A DNA stretch of 64,000 nucleotides, taken from assembly GCA_031285625.1 (NCBI GenBank), contig JAITVV010000053.1:1-64000 (forward strand), read 5' to 3'. Made by a program: the position numbers and the translations under genes. Origin of the DNA: Prevotella sp. Its GTDB lineage: Bacteria; Bacteroidota; Bacteroidia; Bacteroidales; Dysgonomonadaceae. The notes under the pieces are model-generated. The model saw only the letters and a program-made list of their open reading frames with translations, made no database searches and was not told where the DNA came from. Shown piece by piece: positions 39,332 to 48,051 of the stretch (positions are counted from its first letter, which is position 1; every line of letters begins with the position of its first letter).

Positions 39332-41005
39332 TTAATCAAATATATTTTTGTTGTTATATGTTGCGCTTTCCACAGGGATAACTTTAATTCTTATGATAGT
39401 GACCAGATTCTGATTAGCATCTTCGCTCAGGTAAACAGGAGGTATCTTTACGCCGCCTACACCCTGCATAGCCTCATCGCCTCCCAGGTATTTTGTGGTT
39501 TTCCATTCACCGTCTTTATAGTAGCCCTCCCGGATAGTACCATAACTGATGCCCGGAAGGTTTTTATCTTTAGACTGGAAAGATACATCGGCACCATTAC
39601 CCGCAATCAGAAACTCGTCTGCGGAAAGCCGTATCGCCAGTCCGTAGCCCTGGTAAGGATAATTGTAATGTATATTTATATCGTAATCTCCAAAATCTAT
39701 TTTGTCGGACTTGTTGTCTCCCTGCTGCATAAAGCCTTTCATATTGCCGGAGCCGTGTTCTTTTGCCATTAGCGGCATCAGGTTGTCCAGCACACGGTAT
39801 GCGTCTTTCAGCGGATGCTTTTCGTCATATACATCATTATCGATAGCAAAGGGAGAAAATCCAAGCGCATTGAACTCGCTCAGTGTATAGAATGCCTTTG
39901 CAGGGCCGCTCCATTTCTCGCCACGCCAGAGGGCAACAGCTTCGGGTACGAAAACCGGATTACCGTTCCTGTTGTATTGGCGTAACTGCGATACATAATC
40001 ATCATTGTAGTTGTCGATAGCTAGGAAATCCACGGATGGAGCAGCCAACTGATAAATGTCGAGCATCCGGTGGTTAGGCCCTCCGCTGGGGTAATTGCCG
40101 GGATTTGGGTCTTCCGGGTAAATCGTCCATGCGTTTACGAACAGCGGTATGGGGTAATCTCGTTTTCCTTCGGCTGCCAACTGTTCTACAAAGCGGGCAT
40201 AGTACCAGCCCATAAACAGCTCATCGGCAAGCCTGTTGCTATCATTACCGAACAGTTCGAGCCAGTTACCTTTTGCCTTTTTTCCGTGAGCCTTCCACTG
40301 GTTTATTATTTCAGGTAATATCTGTTTTTCGTTCTTTTGTAGGTATTGTATCAGTTTGCCTGGAACTTCTTTCCTGAATAGTTCTTCCGCAGTAGCAGAA
40401 CGGTCGCGGCTGTCTCCCAACAACCCTATTTCGTTTTCTATCTGTACCATAAGCACGGTGTGTTCTTTGCTGTCAATCTGTTTGATGAAATTCATCAGGG
40501 CGCCGAATGCTTTGGTGTCGGCTTTTGCCAGATTTTCGCTGTAGTTAGCCAGGAACGGACGATTTTCTCCCTTATCCGTTTTCATCCGCGGGAATCTTTT
40601 GGTGTCCCTCATAATCCAGTGCGGAGCATATCCCGACGAACCGTTTTTCCAACTGCCAAACCACAGGAAGACAAGCTTCAGGTCGTGTTTACGCGCTTCT
40701 TTAATCAGCCCTTCCACAATGGAAAAGTCATACTGCCCTTCCTCCGGTTCTATTTGTTCCCAGGCAACAGTCGCCAATACCGTATTCAGATTGAGTGTTT
40801 TGAGGCGTTCCCATTTTGGCGCCATGCTTTCCAGTGTAGAGGCACTCGAATTCATCAGTTCGCCGGCAAGCATGATATACGGCTTATCATTTACAATAAG
40901 CTGGACTATGTTGTTTTTATTCCTTTTCAGGTGCGGAATCTGCTGACCGTATACAAATCCGGCCGAGAAAAGGAACAGAAGGATAGAAGTTATGGCTTTT
41001 TGCAT
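39332..41005 (-). CDS. GH35-like beta-galactosidase with DUF5597 domain
   Basis: GELMNSSAS, WEQIEPEEG, WFGSWKNG, QIENE (acid/base), FVPE (nucleophile), GFSPFAID. Confidence 0.82.
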   Translation of the reverse strand: MQKAITSILLFLFSAGFVYGQQIPHLKRNKNNIVQLIVNDKPYIMLAGELMNSSASTLESMAPKWERLKTLNLNTVLATVAWEQIEPEEGQYDFSIVEGLIKEARKHDLKLVFLWFGSWKNGSSGYAPHWIMRDTKRFPRMKTDKGENRPFLANYSENLAKADTKAFGALMNFIKQIDSKEHTVLMVQIENEIGLLGDSRDRSATAEELFRKEVPGKLIQYLQKNEKQILPEIINQWKAHGKKAKGNWLELFGNDSNRLADELFMGWYYARFVEQLAAEGKRDYPIPLFVNAWTIYPEDPNPGNYPSGGPNHRMLDIYQLAAPSVDFLAIDNYNDDYVSQLRQYNRNGNPVFVPEAVALWRGEKWSGPAKAFYTLSEFNALGFSPFAIDNDVYDEKHPLKDAYRVLDNLMPLMAKEHGSGNMKGFMQQGDNKSDKIDFGDYDINIHYNYPYQGYGLAIRLSADEFLIAGNGADVSFQSKDKNLPGISYGTIREGYYKDGEWKTTKYLGGDEAMQGVGGVKIPPVYLSEDANQNLVTIIRIKVIPVESATYNNKNIFD

Positions 41006-41062
41006 TTTATTATTTGGTTTCTTGTTATGGGAGATTTGTCATTTCTCCCTTTTTATTCCTAT

Positions 41063-41136
41063 TTGTCATTTTGAACGAAGTGAAAAATCCCGTGGCTCAT
41101 GAGAAACGAGATTCTTCGTTTCACTCAGAATGACAA
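41063..41136. repeat. REP-like element copy 4, overlapping the esterase stop codon
   Basis: TTGTCATTTTGAACGAAGTGAAAAATC...GATTCTTCGTTTCACTCAGAATGACAA. Confidence 0.8.
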
Positions 41137-42527
41137 TTCGCTTTCAAAATAAAATCCACTATAGGCGCCGGATTCGGAAAACTATGCGGGTGATGTTTAA
41201 ACCCGTGCTTCATCATCACCGTAATATTTCCGCCTGCCTCTTTTATTTTTCGTTCAAACTCTAAAGTCTGGGTAGGCGATACGGCTTCGTCCTGGTCGGC
41301 ACAAAGGATAAGTATCGGGTACTTTCCTTTCACTATTTCCTGTATCTTATCCATCGGGCTTCCTTTGAAGTTGCGGATATCGTCCCGTGTTTTCAGTCCA
41401 TACGCCGCCATAAAGTTCCTTGTCATCTCTCCCAGGTCTTCACCTTCCTTGTCAGCCAGATAGCGGCAGTCGAGCAGGGGATTGTCCACATATATACAAC
41501 TCACCTTATCCGGATTGGCCGCTGCCCAGCAGAACGAATACATCGCACCGCGGCTCATGCCTTCCATTGTGCTTTTCTTTGATAAACCCGCCTTTGTCAA
41601 TAGTTTATGAAAATCTGACCAGATAGACAGGGCTTCGGCGTTTCCCATCAGTTCGGCTACATCGCAGTAAACCAGATGGTATCCTCTTTCGAGTAAGGCA
41701 ATATCGGTCTGTGGCTCGTGTGCCCAGAAGCGTGTACGCCATATCCACGGTTTGCCTTTAGCGGCAACTTTAGGTTTAACTACCTTGCACTCTCTGCCTC
41801 TTAGTTTGAAGTCGGCACATGAATATCCTTTAAAATTACTGATAGTGTATGCCGTTTTTAGCTTGCTTAGTATATCGAATCCTTTATCTGTTTTCAGTGT
41901 AACCTGGTCATATAACCTTTTGGCGATAATGCCCGAACCCTCATCATTGGGGTGTATCTTGTCCGGAAATAAATCAGGTCTGTTAATCAGTAATGAGTGC
42001 ATATCCAGCACTTCCACGTTTTCATTATATGCGACTTGCTGGATTGCCGGGATAATATCGTTCACTATCACCGGATCCCATATCTGGTTGTTATCCGTTT
42101 CGAAAGAGACAAACGGCAGCATCAGGATAATACGCGGTTTTGAAGGCAGGTCTCTGAAAGCATTTACCATATCGCTGCAATCTTTTGCAAACTCGCTCAT
42201 ATGCACCCTGTTGACGGCTTTGGCATCGTTTCCGCCCAAATCGATAAAGACAATGTCGGGACTGCTGTTCAATGCTTTCTGGTAAGCTTCTGTATTCCGA
42301 TACGGATGGTCACCCTTGCGCAGCATCGTGCAACTGCTTACCCCGCAATTGATTATCTGATACTTGTCTCCCAATAGGCTGCCCAGTTGCGCAGGGTAGG
42401 AATCTTTCTTCGGGTCGGTGGTCAATGCCCCTTCGGTGATACTGGCTCCTACACAGACTATTTTGGTCTGTGCGTGGGTAATTATTACCAGAAGAAAGCA
42501 GGATAAGAGAGTCAATATATATTTCAT
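41121..42527 (-). CDS. two-domain esterase: SGNH/GDSL plus alpha/beta hydrolase (putative carbohydrate acetyl esterase)
   Basis: GASITEG, GGND and DKIHP (SGNH); GMSRG, D and HHPH (alpha/beta). Start refined to MKYIL at 42527. Confidence 0.85.
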   Translation of the reverse strand: MKYILTLLSCFLLVIITHAQTKIVCVGASITEGALTTDPKKDSYPAQLGSLLGDKYQIINCGVSSCTMLRKGDHPYRNTEAYQKALNSSPDIVFIDLGGNDAKAVNRVHMSEFAKDCSDMVNAFRDLPSKPRIILMLPFVSFETDNNQIWDPVIVNDIIPAIQQVAYNENVEVLDMHSLLINRPDLFPDKIHPNDEGSGIIAKRLYDQVTLKTDKGFDILSKLKTAYTISNFKGYSCADFKLRGRECKVVKPKVAAKGKPWIWRTRFWAHEPQTDIALLERGYHLVYCDVAELMGNAEALSIWSDFHKLLTKAGLSKKSTMEGMSRGAMYSFCWAAANPDKVSCIYVDNPLLDCRYLADKEGEDLGEMTRNFMAAYGLKTRDDIRNFKGSPMDKIQEIVKGKYPILILCADQDEAVSPTQTLEFERKIKEAGGNITVMMKHGFKHHPHSFPNPAPIVDFILKANCHSE

Positions 42528-42543
42528 GTTATTTTTTATTTCT

Positions 42544-42637
42544 TCTTTGTCATTCTGAGTGTAACGAAGAATCTCGACTCTCAAAAGATAGAGTCAAACA
42601 GGAAAGAGATTCTTCACTCCGTTCAGAATGACAAAGA
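42544..42637. repeat. REP-like element copy 5
   Basis: TCTTTGTCATTCTGAGTGTAACGAAGAATCTC...GAGATTCTTCACTCCGTTCAGAATGACAAAGA. Confidence 0.85.
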
Positions 42638-42648
42638 GATGAATGATT

Positions 42649-45321
42649 TTATTCTACCACATTTATTGTCTGGGTTAAATGTATATTATTCGAAGAACTA
42701 CCCACCATTATTTCAAATTCACCCGGTTCTACTACCCGTTTCATCTCCGTGTTAATCAGTGATAGATGTTCCGGCTTGAGGGTTATCGTAACCTCTTTGC
42801 TTTCTCCTGCTTTCAGAAAGACGTTGGCAAAACCTTTGAGTAGTTTTACAGGAGTAGCTACACTGCTTACCTTATCATTAATATAGAGTTGTACTACTTC
42901 CGCACCATCCACGCTGCCTGTATTCCGCAGGTTGATAGTCACGGTGATATTATCGGTTGTTTTCGCGTTTTCCGGTTGTACACTCAGTGTTGAATAAGTG
43001 AAATTGGTATAGCTTAATCCATATCCGAATTCGTATAAAGGGTCGCCGTTTCCATCCACATACCTGCGGCTGGCAGATGGTTTCTTTGAATAATAGATAG
43101 GTAATGTTCCCTGTTCTTTCGGAAAACTGATACTTAATTTACCCGAAGGATTATAATCACCCCATATCACATCGGCTACGGCATCACCTCCCGCTTCGCC
43201 CGGATACCACGCTTGCAGCAATGCATTTGAATTTTCAGCAATTTCGGTGAGTACCAGCGGACGGCCTGTCAACATAACTGTTACCACAGGTTTGTTTGCC
43301 TGTTTTGCCGTTTTAATGATGTTGAGGTCTGCCTGATGCGGATACAGGTTTTGCCTGTCACGGCTTTCACCCACTTCGCTGTCGGTTTCGCCAATTACGA
43401 CAATAGTAACATCCGAAGCAGCGGAAGCGCGGGCTACATCCCTGAATAAGGATGATGATGTAAGCTGTGTCATTCTCCAACGCAGATTGACAAAGGCAAT
43501 GTCTTCTATCTCTGCGTATTCCAACCGGATAGGTATCTGCTTGCCACTTGTGAGGCTTATTTTTTTACTAAGCGTTTGTTTTACTTTCTCTTCACCCCAA
43601 CAGTCGATAAACAACTCGTTATTTATATACACACGCGCATAATCATCCGCGTTTAGCTGAAACTCATATTCACCGGTTACCGGAGCAGTGATATAGCCAC
43701 TCCAGCGCACGGAAAAGTTATCCGAATTGACACCCGGTGCAGGGCTGAGGTTGTGCCAGTAAACCGAAAGATTATCATTTATATCCGTATAGACAGGATT
43801 TCCTTCGAAGTTAATATTGTTGAAGAATGCAATATCCAGTCCGTTCTTTTCCTTATCTGAGTCTGGCGTCAGGGCTGTAGAAGGTATATTGGCAAAGCGT
43901 TCGGAGATATCACTGTTCACGAAATTTATCTTTACATCTTCACCGAAACGCTTTTTCAGAGCCTGATAGACTGTCACCCCTTTTGCTCCGGCAGGGGAAT
44001 ATCCCCCGAGAGAAGACACATTTGCAAGATTGCCGACAAGGGCGATAGATTTTATATCTTTTTTCAGAGGGAGAACGCCATCTTTGTTTTCAAGCAATAC
44101 GATTGATTTGCGGGCTGCTTCGAGTGCGAGCTTCTGATGTTCCTCACTCCTGTATACTTTCGCAGCCAGTGTTTCGTCCGTATATGGATTATCGAATAGT
44201 CCGAGTTCAAATTTTACCCGTAATACTCCGGCTACTGCCCTGTTCAGGTCTTTTTCGGATAATCTACCCTCCTTAACTGCTTTTGCCACTGTGTTTTGGA
44301 AAACATCATGCGGGTAGTCGTAGAACTGCATATCCAGTCCGGCGGCTATTGATTTGATAATCGCTTCTTCTCCATCGGCAACAGTATGGTGGTCTTTATA
44401 TTGTTTGGCAATGGCTCCGAGGTCGGATACTACAAAGCCGTCGAATCCCCATTCGTCCCTCAGTATTGTTTTCAACAGCCACGGGTCGGCAATAGCCGGA
44501 ACGCCGTCCCTCTCGTGATAAGCAGCCATTATTCCTTTGGCTTTGGCCTCGGTAACGGCTTTTTCAAATATATACAGGTGTGTCGAACGAGCTTCGCGTT
44601 CCCCGATAAATACAGGGGCTGTGTTTACGCCGCCTTCGGGTATGCCGTGAATGGCAAAATGCTTCGGTTCGGCAACCACTGTATTATTGTCTTTCAGGCT
44701 GTTCCCCTGCATTCCCTTGATAAGGCTGACCGCATAGCGTGATGACAGGTAAGGGTCTTCTCCAAATGTTTCTTCGGTGCGCCCCCAGCGTATATCGCGT
44801 GCCAGGTCGAGATTAGGCCCCAGAATGAAATGTACGCCATGTGCCCGGGCTTCGGCAGCGATGGCTTTACCTATATTATTTACCAATATGGTATCCCATG
44901 AAGATGAGTTACCGATAGGGGTAGGAAACGTCGTGGCTCCCGCCCCCTGGTATCCGTGTAGTGCTTCTTCGATGAAAATAACAGGAATCCCTAAACGTGA
45001 GTTTTCGATGGCACGTTTTTGTACGGCATTGGCTATGGCCGCTGTCTTCGGATAAAAGTCGTGAATGGATCCGATGCACATGGAGTCGATAAAGAAGGCT
45101 GCTTCTTTTTCTTTCAGCTTATCCGGCCCATCCAGAATATCGTTAGCCGAAAGCATGTCCAGTTGGGCGGCTTTCTCTTCCAGTGTCATTCGCGACAATA
45201 AATCATTTACCCTGTCCTCCACAGGTGCATTCGCATCTTTGTAAACCGGGTTGTCGGAACATCCCGCGCTGAAGAGCAAGAGCGATAAAAATGCCGTGCA
45301 TATAAGATTCCTTTTTTTCAT
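42649..45321 (-). CDS. glycoside hydrolase family 3 with PA14 and Fn3-like domains (lipoprotein)
   Basis: EEALHG, RWGRTEETFGEDP, KHF, VVSDLG nucleophile, FSVRWSGY (PA14), YEFGYGLSYT. Confidence 0.93.
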   Translation of the reverse strand: MKKRNLICTAFLSLLLFSAGCSDNPVYKDANAPVEDRVNDLLSRMTLEEKAAQLDMLSANDILDGPDKLKEKEAAFFIDSMCIGSIHDFYPKTAAIANAVQKRAIENSRLGIPVIFIEEALHGYQGAGATTFPTPIGNSSSWDTILVNNIGKAIAAEARAHGVHFILGPNLDLARDIRWGRTEETFGEDPYLSSRYAVSLIKGMQGNSLKDNNTVVAEPKHFAIHGIPEGGVNTAPVFIGEREARSTHLYIFEKAVTEAKAKGIMAAYHERDGVPAIADPWLLKTILRDEWGFDGFVVSDLGAIAKQYKDHHTVADGEEAIIKSIAAGLDMQFYDYPHDVFQNTVAKAVKEGRLSEKDLNRAVAGVLRVKFELGLFDNPYTDETLAAKVYRSEEHQKLALEAARKSIVLLENKDGVLPLKKDIKSIALVGNLANVSSLGGYSPAGAKGVTVYQALKKRFGEDVKINFVNSDISERFANIPSTALTPDSDKEKNGLDIAFFNNINFEGNPVYTDINDNLSVYWHNLSPAPGVNSDNFSVRWSGYITAPVTGEYEFQLNADDYARVYINNELFIDCWGEEKVKQTLSKKISLTSGKQIPIRLEYAEIEDIAFVNLRWRMTQLTSSSLFRDVARASAASDVTIVVIGETDSEVGESRDRQNLYPHQADLNIIKTAKQANKPVVTVMLTGRPLVLTEIAENSNALLQAWYPGEAGGDAVADVIWGDYNPSGKLSISFPKEQGTLPIYYSKKPSASRRYVDGNGDPLYEFGYGLSYTNFTYSTLSVQPENAKTTDNITVTINLRNTGSVDGAEVVQLYINDKVSSVATPVKLLKGFANVFLKAGESKEVTITLKPEHLSLINTEMKRVVEPGEFEIMVGSSSNNIHLTQTINVVE

Positions 45322-45350
45322 GATTAAAATTATTAAGGTTATTTTTTAGG

Positions 45351-45441
45351 TCTTTGTCATTTTGAACGGAGTGAAAAATCTCTTTCCTCTTTGAATATAA
45401 CTGTTGAGGGTCGAGATGCTTCGTTGCCTCAGCATGACAAA
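45351..45441. repeat. REP-like element copy 6
   Basis: TCTTTGTCATTTTGAACGGAGTGAAAAATCTC...GAGATGCTTCGTTGCCTCAGCATGACAAA. Confidence 0.8.
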
Positions 45442-45472
45442 AAAGTATGATACAATTAGTAATTTTTTAATT

Positions 45473-45530
45473 CAAATTTATTTTTTCAGCATTAATAAAC
45501 TCATTAAAAAACACATTAAGACCTCCTTAA
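45473..45530 (-). promoter_or_regulatory. internal PUL promoter: -7 box TAAATTTG plus CATTAA direct repeats
   Basis: CATTAATA-N3-TCATTAAAA (45490-45509) recurs at 62670-62689 upstream of susC. Confidence 0.55.
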
Positions 45531-45544
45531 AATCCTTATTAATA

Positions 45545-47908
45545 CTACATTTTTACATTAATCTCCTGTCCCTGATATACAATTTGCTTGTCAGCCTGCG
45601 AAATGGTGTTTATATTCTTGCCATCTTTAATAATTGTGACATTGAAAGTGCGGTTTTTCAACATGCCCGGAAATTCTCCCTGACGCGTTCCGATAGTTAG
45701 TGTTCCGGTTTTGTCGTCCCATTTCATTTTTATGGTCGAAAAGATGCCTTTTTCGTAATTGTAGTTATCGTTTTCATCTTCATATAGTACAAACTCGGCA
45801 TCAGCGCCGGGGAAAATGAAAAGGTTGAGGTTATCCCATCTCTTTTCCTCGGCATACTGTACTTTCGGACCCCACGGTAGGATACTTCCTGCTTTGATAT
45901 ATAGTGGAATAATATCAATAGGTGTTGCCTTACTGATTTCTTTTCCACCTTCTGTTTTCTCTCCTGTCCAGAAGTCGTACCAGTCGGCACCTTTCGGTAA
46001 GTATACTTTATGTGATTTTAGAGTGCTGAAATCTTCAACAGCACTGCCGTTTACACGGTTCACATACATAGAGTCGGTTACAGGGGCAACAAGAATAGAT
46101 TTTCCGAACATAAACTGATTGTTTATATCATGCACTTTGGCATCGCTGGCGAAGTCCATACTTAAAGCGCGCATCATAGAGCCTGCATTGGCTGTAATGT
46201 CGTGACCGATAGAGTACATATACGGCAACAGGCTGTAACGCAGATTGATATATTTCTCTTGTGTATCGTAAGCCCAGTCACCTTTTTGCCCGAACTGGAA
46301 AATCTCACGTGGGGTACTTGTCCCATGCGAACGCATCATCGGGGTGAATGTAGCGAACTGCATCCAGCGTACATACAATTCATGGTAGGCTTTGTCCCTG
46401 ATGCCTTCAGGATATACATGGTGTGCAAAGAACCCGCCTATATCTGTGTTCCAGTAAGGAATTCCGCAAAGTGAGAAATTAAGACCGGCAGAAATCTGGT
46501 CACGAAGCACATCCCAGCGTGAAACGATATCACCCGACCATGAGTTTGCCCCATAGCGTTGTTGCCCGGCAAAGGCAGAACGGGTAAGGATATACACGCG
46601 CTTATCGGAAGTAACCTGGCGTTGATAATCGTACACACTACCTACTGATACAAGAGGGAAAGCATTATATACACTACGAAGCGGTCCCAGATAAGTTTGT
46701 TGATTCAGCTCTTTTTTTCCTCCCGAGTATTCAGGTTCGGTAGCGTCCAGCCACCAGCCATCCATACCTATTGAGAAGATATTCTTATTCATATAATCCC
46801 AGTAGATTTTGCGTGCTTCCGGATTGAAGGCATCATATACTTTCACACCGTTATTATGCGGAAATGTCTCGAAATCGAGCAACAGGTTTTTCTTTTTCAG
46901 GTCTTTATGAATATTTGTGTTTGGTCCGAAAGACGGCCATACAGATATAGCTATATGTGCATTCATCTTATGCACTTCGTCTATCATCTTTTTCGGGTTG
47001 GGGAATGTAGGATTACCAAATTCCACGGCGTTCCAATGCGTATTGTCGGTACTCCAGTATTGCCAGTCCTGCACAATACCATCGAGCGGAATATTTAGTT
47101 CGCGGTATTTTTTTACAACATCCAACAGTTCGTCCTGTGATGTATACCGTTCGCGGCTTTGCCAGAATCCGTATGTCCATAGCGGATACATAGGAGCCTG
47201 TCCTGTAAGTTCACGAATACGGGCGATTGTTCCATCAGCATCTTTTCCGTACATGAAGTAATAGTCGATGCAATTGCCGGCCGTAGAAGTAAATGACAAA
47301 CCATCATATGAATCTTTGTAAGTAGTAGGGGAGTAGTTGTCCCAGAAAACAGCATAGCCTTTAACCGAATGGATAATCGGTATGGCTATTTCCATATTCA
47401 CCTGACGGAGATGAACCTCCTGTCCGCGCTGGTTCATCTTTCCTTGTTGGTGTTGTCCCAGTCCGTAAACAGCTTCCTGCTTATCCAAAAGGAATGTTTG
47501 CTGTACTTCATACGTTTTACCGCTTTCATAATTCTTAGGAGTAAATACGGAAGAAACACTTTTCTCAGCAATAAAAGGGCGGGTATCTGTTCCATTGAAA
47601 AGCACATCCCCGGTAGTCAGGTTCAGGGTGACAATCAGGTCAGCCGTATTCAGCGTGATTACATTGTTGAACTGTTCAATCCTGAAATCCGTATTTTCGG
47701 GTTCTTTGATAACGGACAGGCTTTTCTTATCCGGTGCTTCTTCCTGAGGATATTTCAGTACCCTGACAATCTGCGGGCTGAAAAACTGAATTTCGATACT
47801 CGTAGATTTTACATTGGTCTTTACTCCCTGCGGCGTGCGTTGGTAATTTTGTGCAACCAACTGACCGGAAAAAATAAGAATGAGAAATGTAATAAATGCT
47901 TTTTTCAT
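45545..47908 (-). CDS. glycoside hydrolase family 31 (alpha-xylosidase-like)
   Basis: YGLGQHQ, WQSRERY, WWLDATEPE nucleophile, WSGD, DIGGF, RSHG. Start refined to 47908. Confidence 0.92.
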   Translation of the reverse strand: MKKAFITFLILIFSGQLVAQNYQRTPQGVKTNVKSTSIEIQFFSPQIVRVLKYPQEEAPDKKSLSVIKEPENTDFRIEQFNNVITLNTADLIVTLNLTTGDVLFNGTDTRPFIAEKSVSSVFTPKNYESGKTYEVQQTFLLDKQEAVYGLGQHQQGKMNQRGQEVHLRQVNMEIAIPIIHSVKGYAVFWDNYSPTTYKDSYDGLSFTSTAGNCIDYYFMYGKDADGTIARIRELTGQAPMYPLWTYGFWQSRERYTSQDELLDVVKKYRELNIPLDGIVQDWQYWSTDNTHWNAVEFGNPTFPNPKKMIDEVHKMNAHIAISVWPSFGPNTNIHKDLKKKNLLLDFETFPHNNGVKVYDAFNPEARKIYWDYMNKNIFSIGMDGWWLDATEPEYSGGKKELNQQTYLGPLRSVYNAFPLVSVGSVYDYQRQVTSDKRVYILTRSAFAGQQRYGANSWSGDIVSRWDVLRDQISAGLNFSLCGIPYWNTDIGGFFAHHVYPEGIRDKAYHELYVRWMQFATFTPMMRSHGTSTPREIFQFGQKGDWAYDTQEKYINLRYSLLPYMYSIGHDITANAGSMMRALSMDFASDAKVHDINNQFMFGKSILVAPVTDSMYVNRVNGSAVEDFSTLKSHKVYLPKGADWYDFWTGEKTEGGKEISKATPIDIIPLYIKAGSILPWGPKVQYAEEKRWDNLNLFIFPGADAEFVLYEDENDNYNYEKGIFSTIKMKWDDKTGTLTIGTRQGEFPGMLKNRTFNVTIIKDGKNINTISQADKQIVYQGQEINVKM

Positions 47909-47931
47909 GATTATATTGTTTTGTACTTGTC

Positions 47932-48042
47932 TCTTTGTCATTGACTACACTTTGTTTCGTCGAACATTGTTTCTGAACGAAGTGAAAAATCTCGTATCTC
48001 TTTGAGGGTCGAGATTCTTCGTTACACTCAGAATGACAAAGA
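47932..48042. repeat. REP-like element copy 7 (with 30-bp insert 47941-47970)
   Basis: The insert is the reverse complement of the copy 2 insert, 26/30 identical. Confidence 0.8.
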
Positions 48043-48051
48043 GGGTATTTA

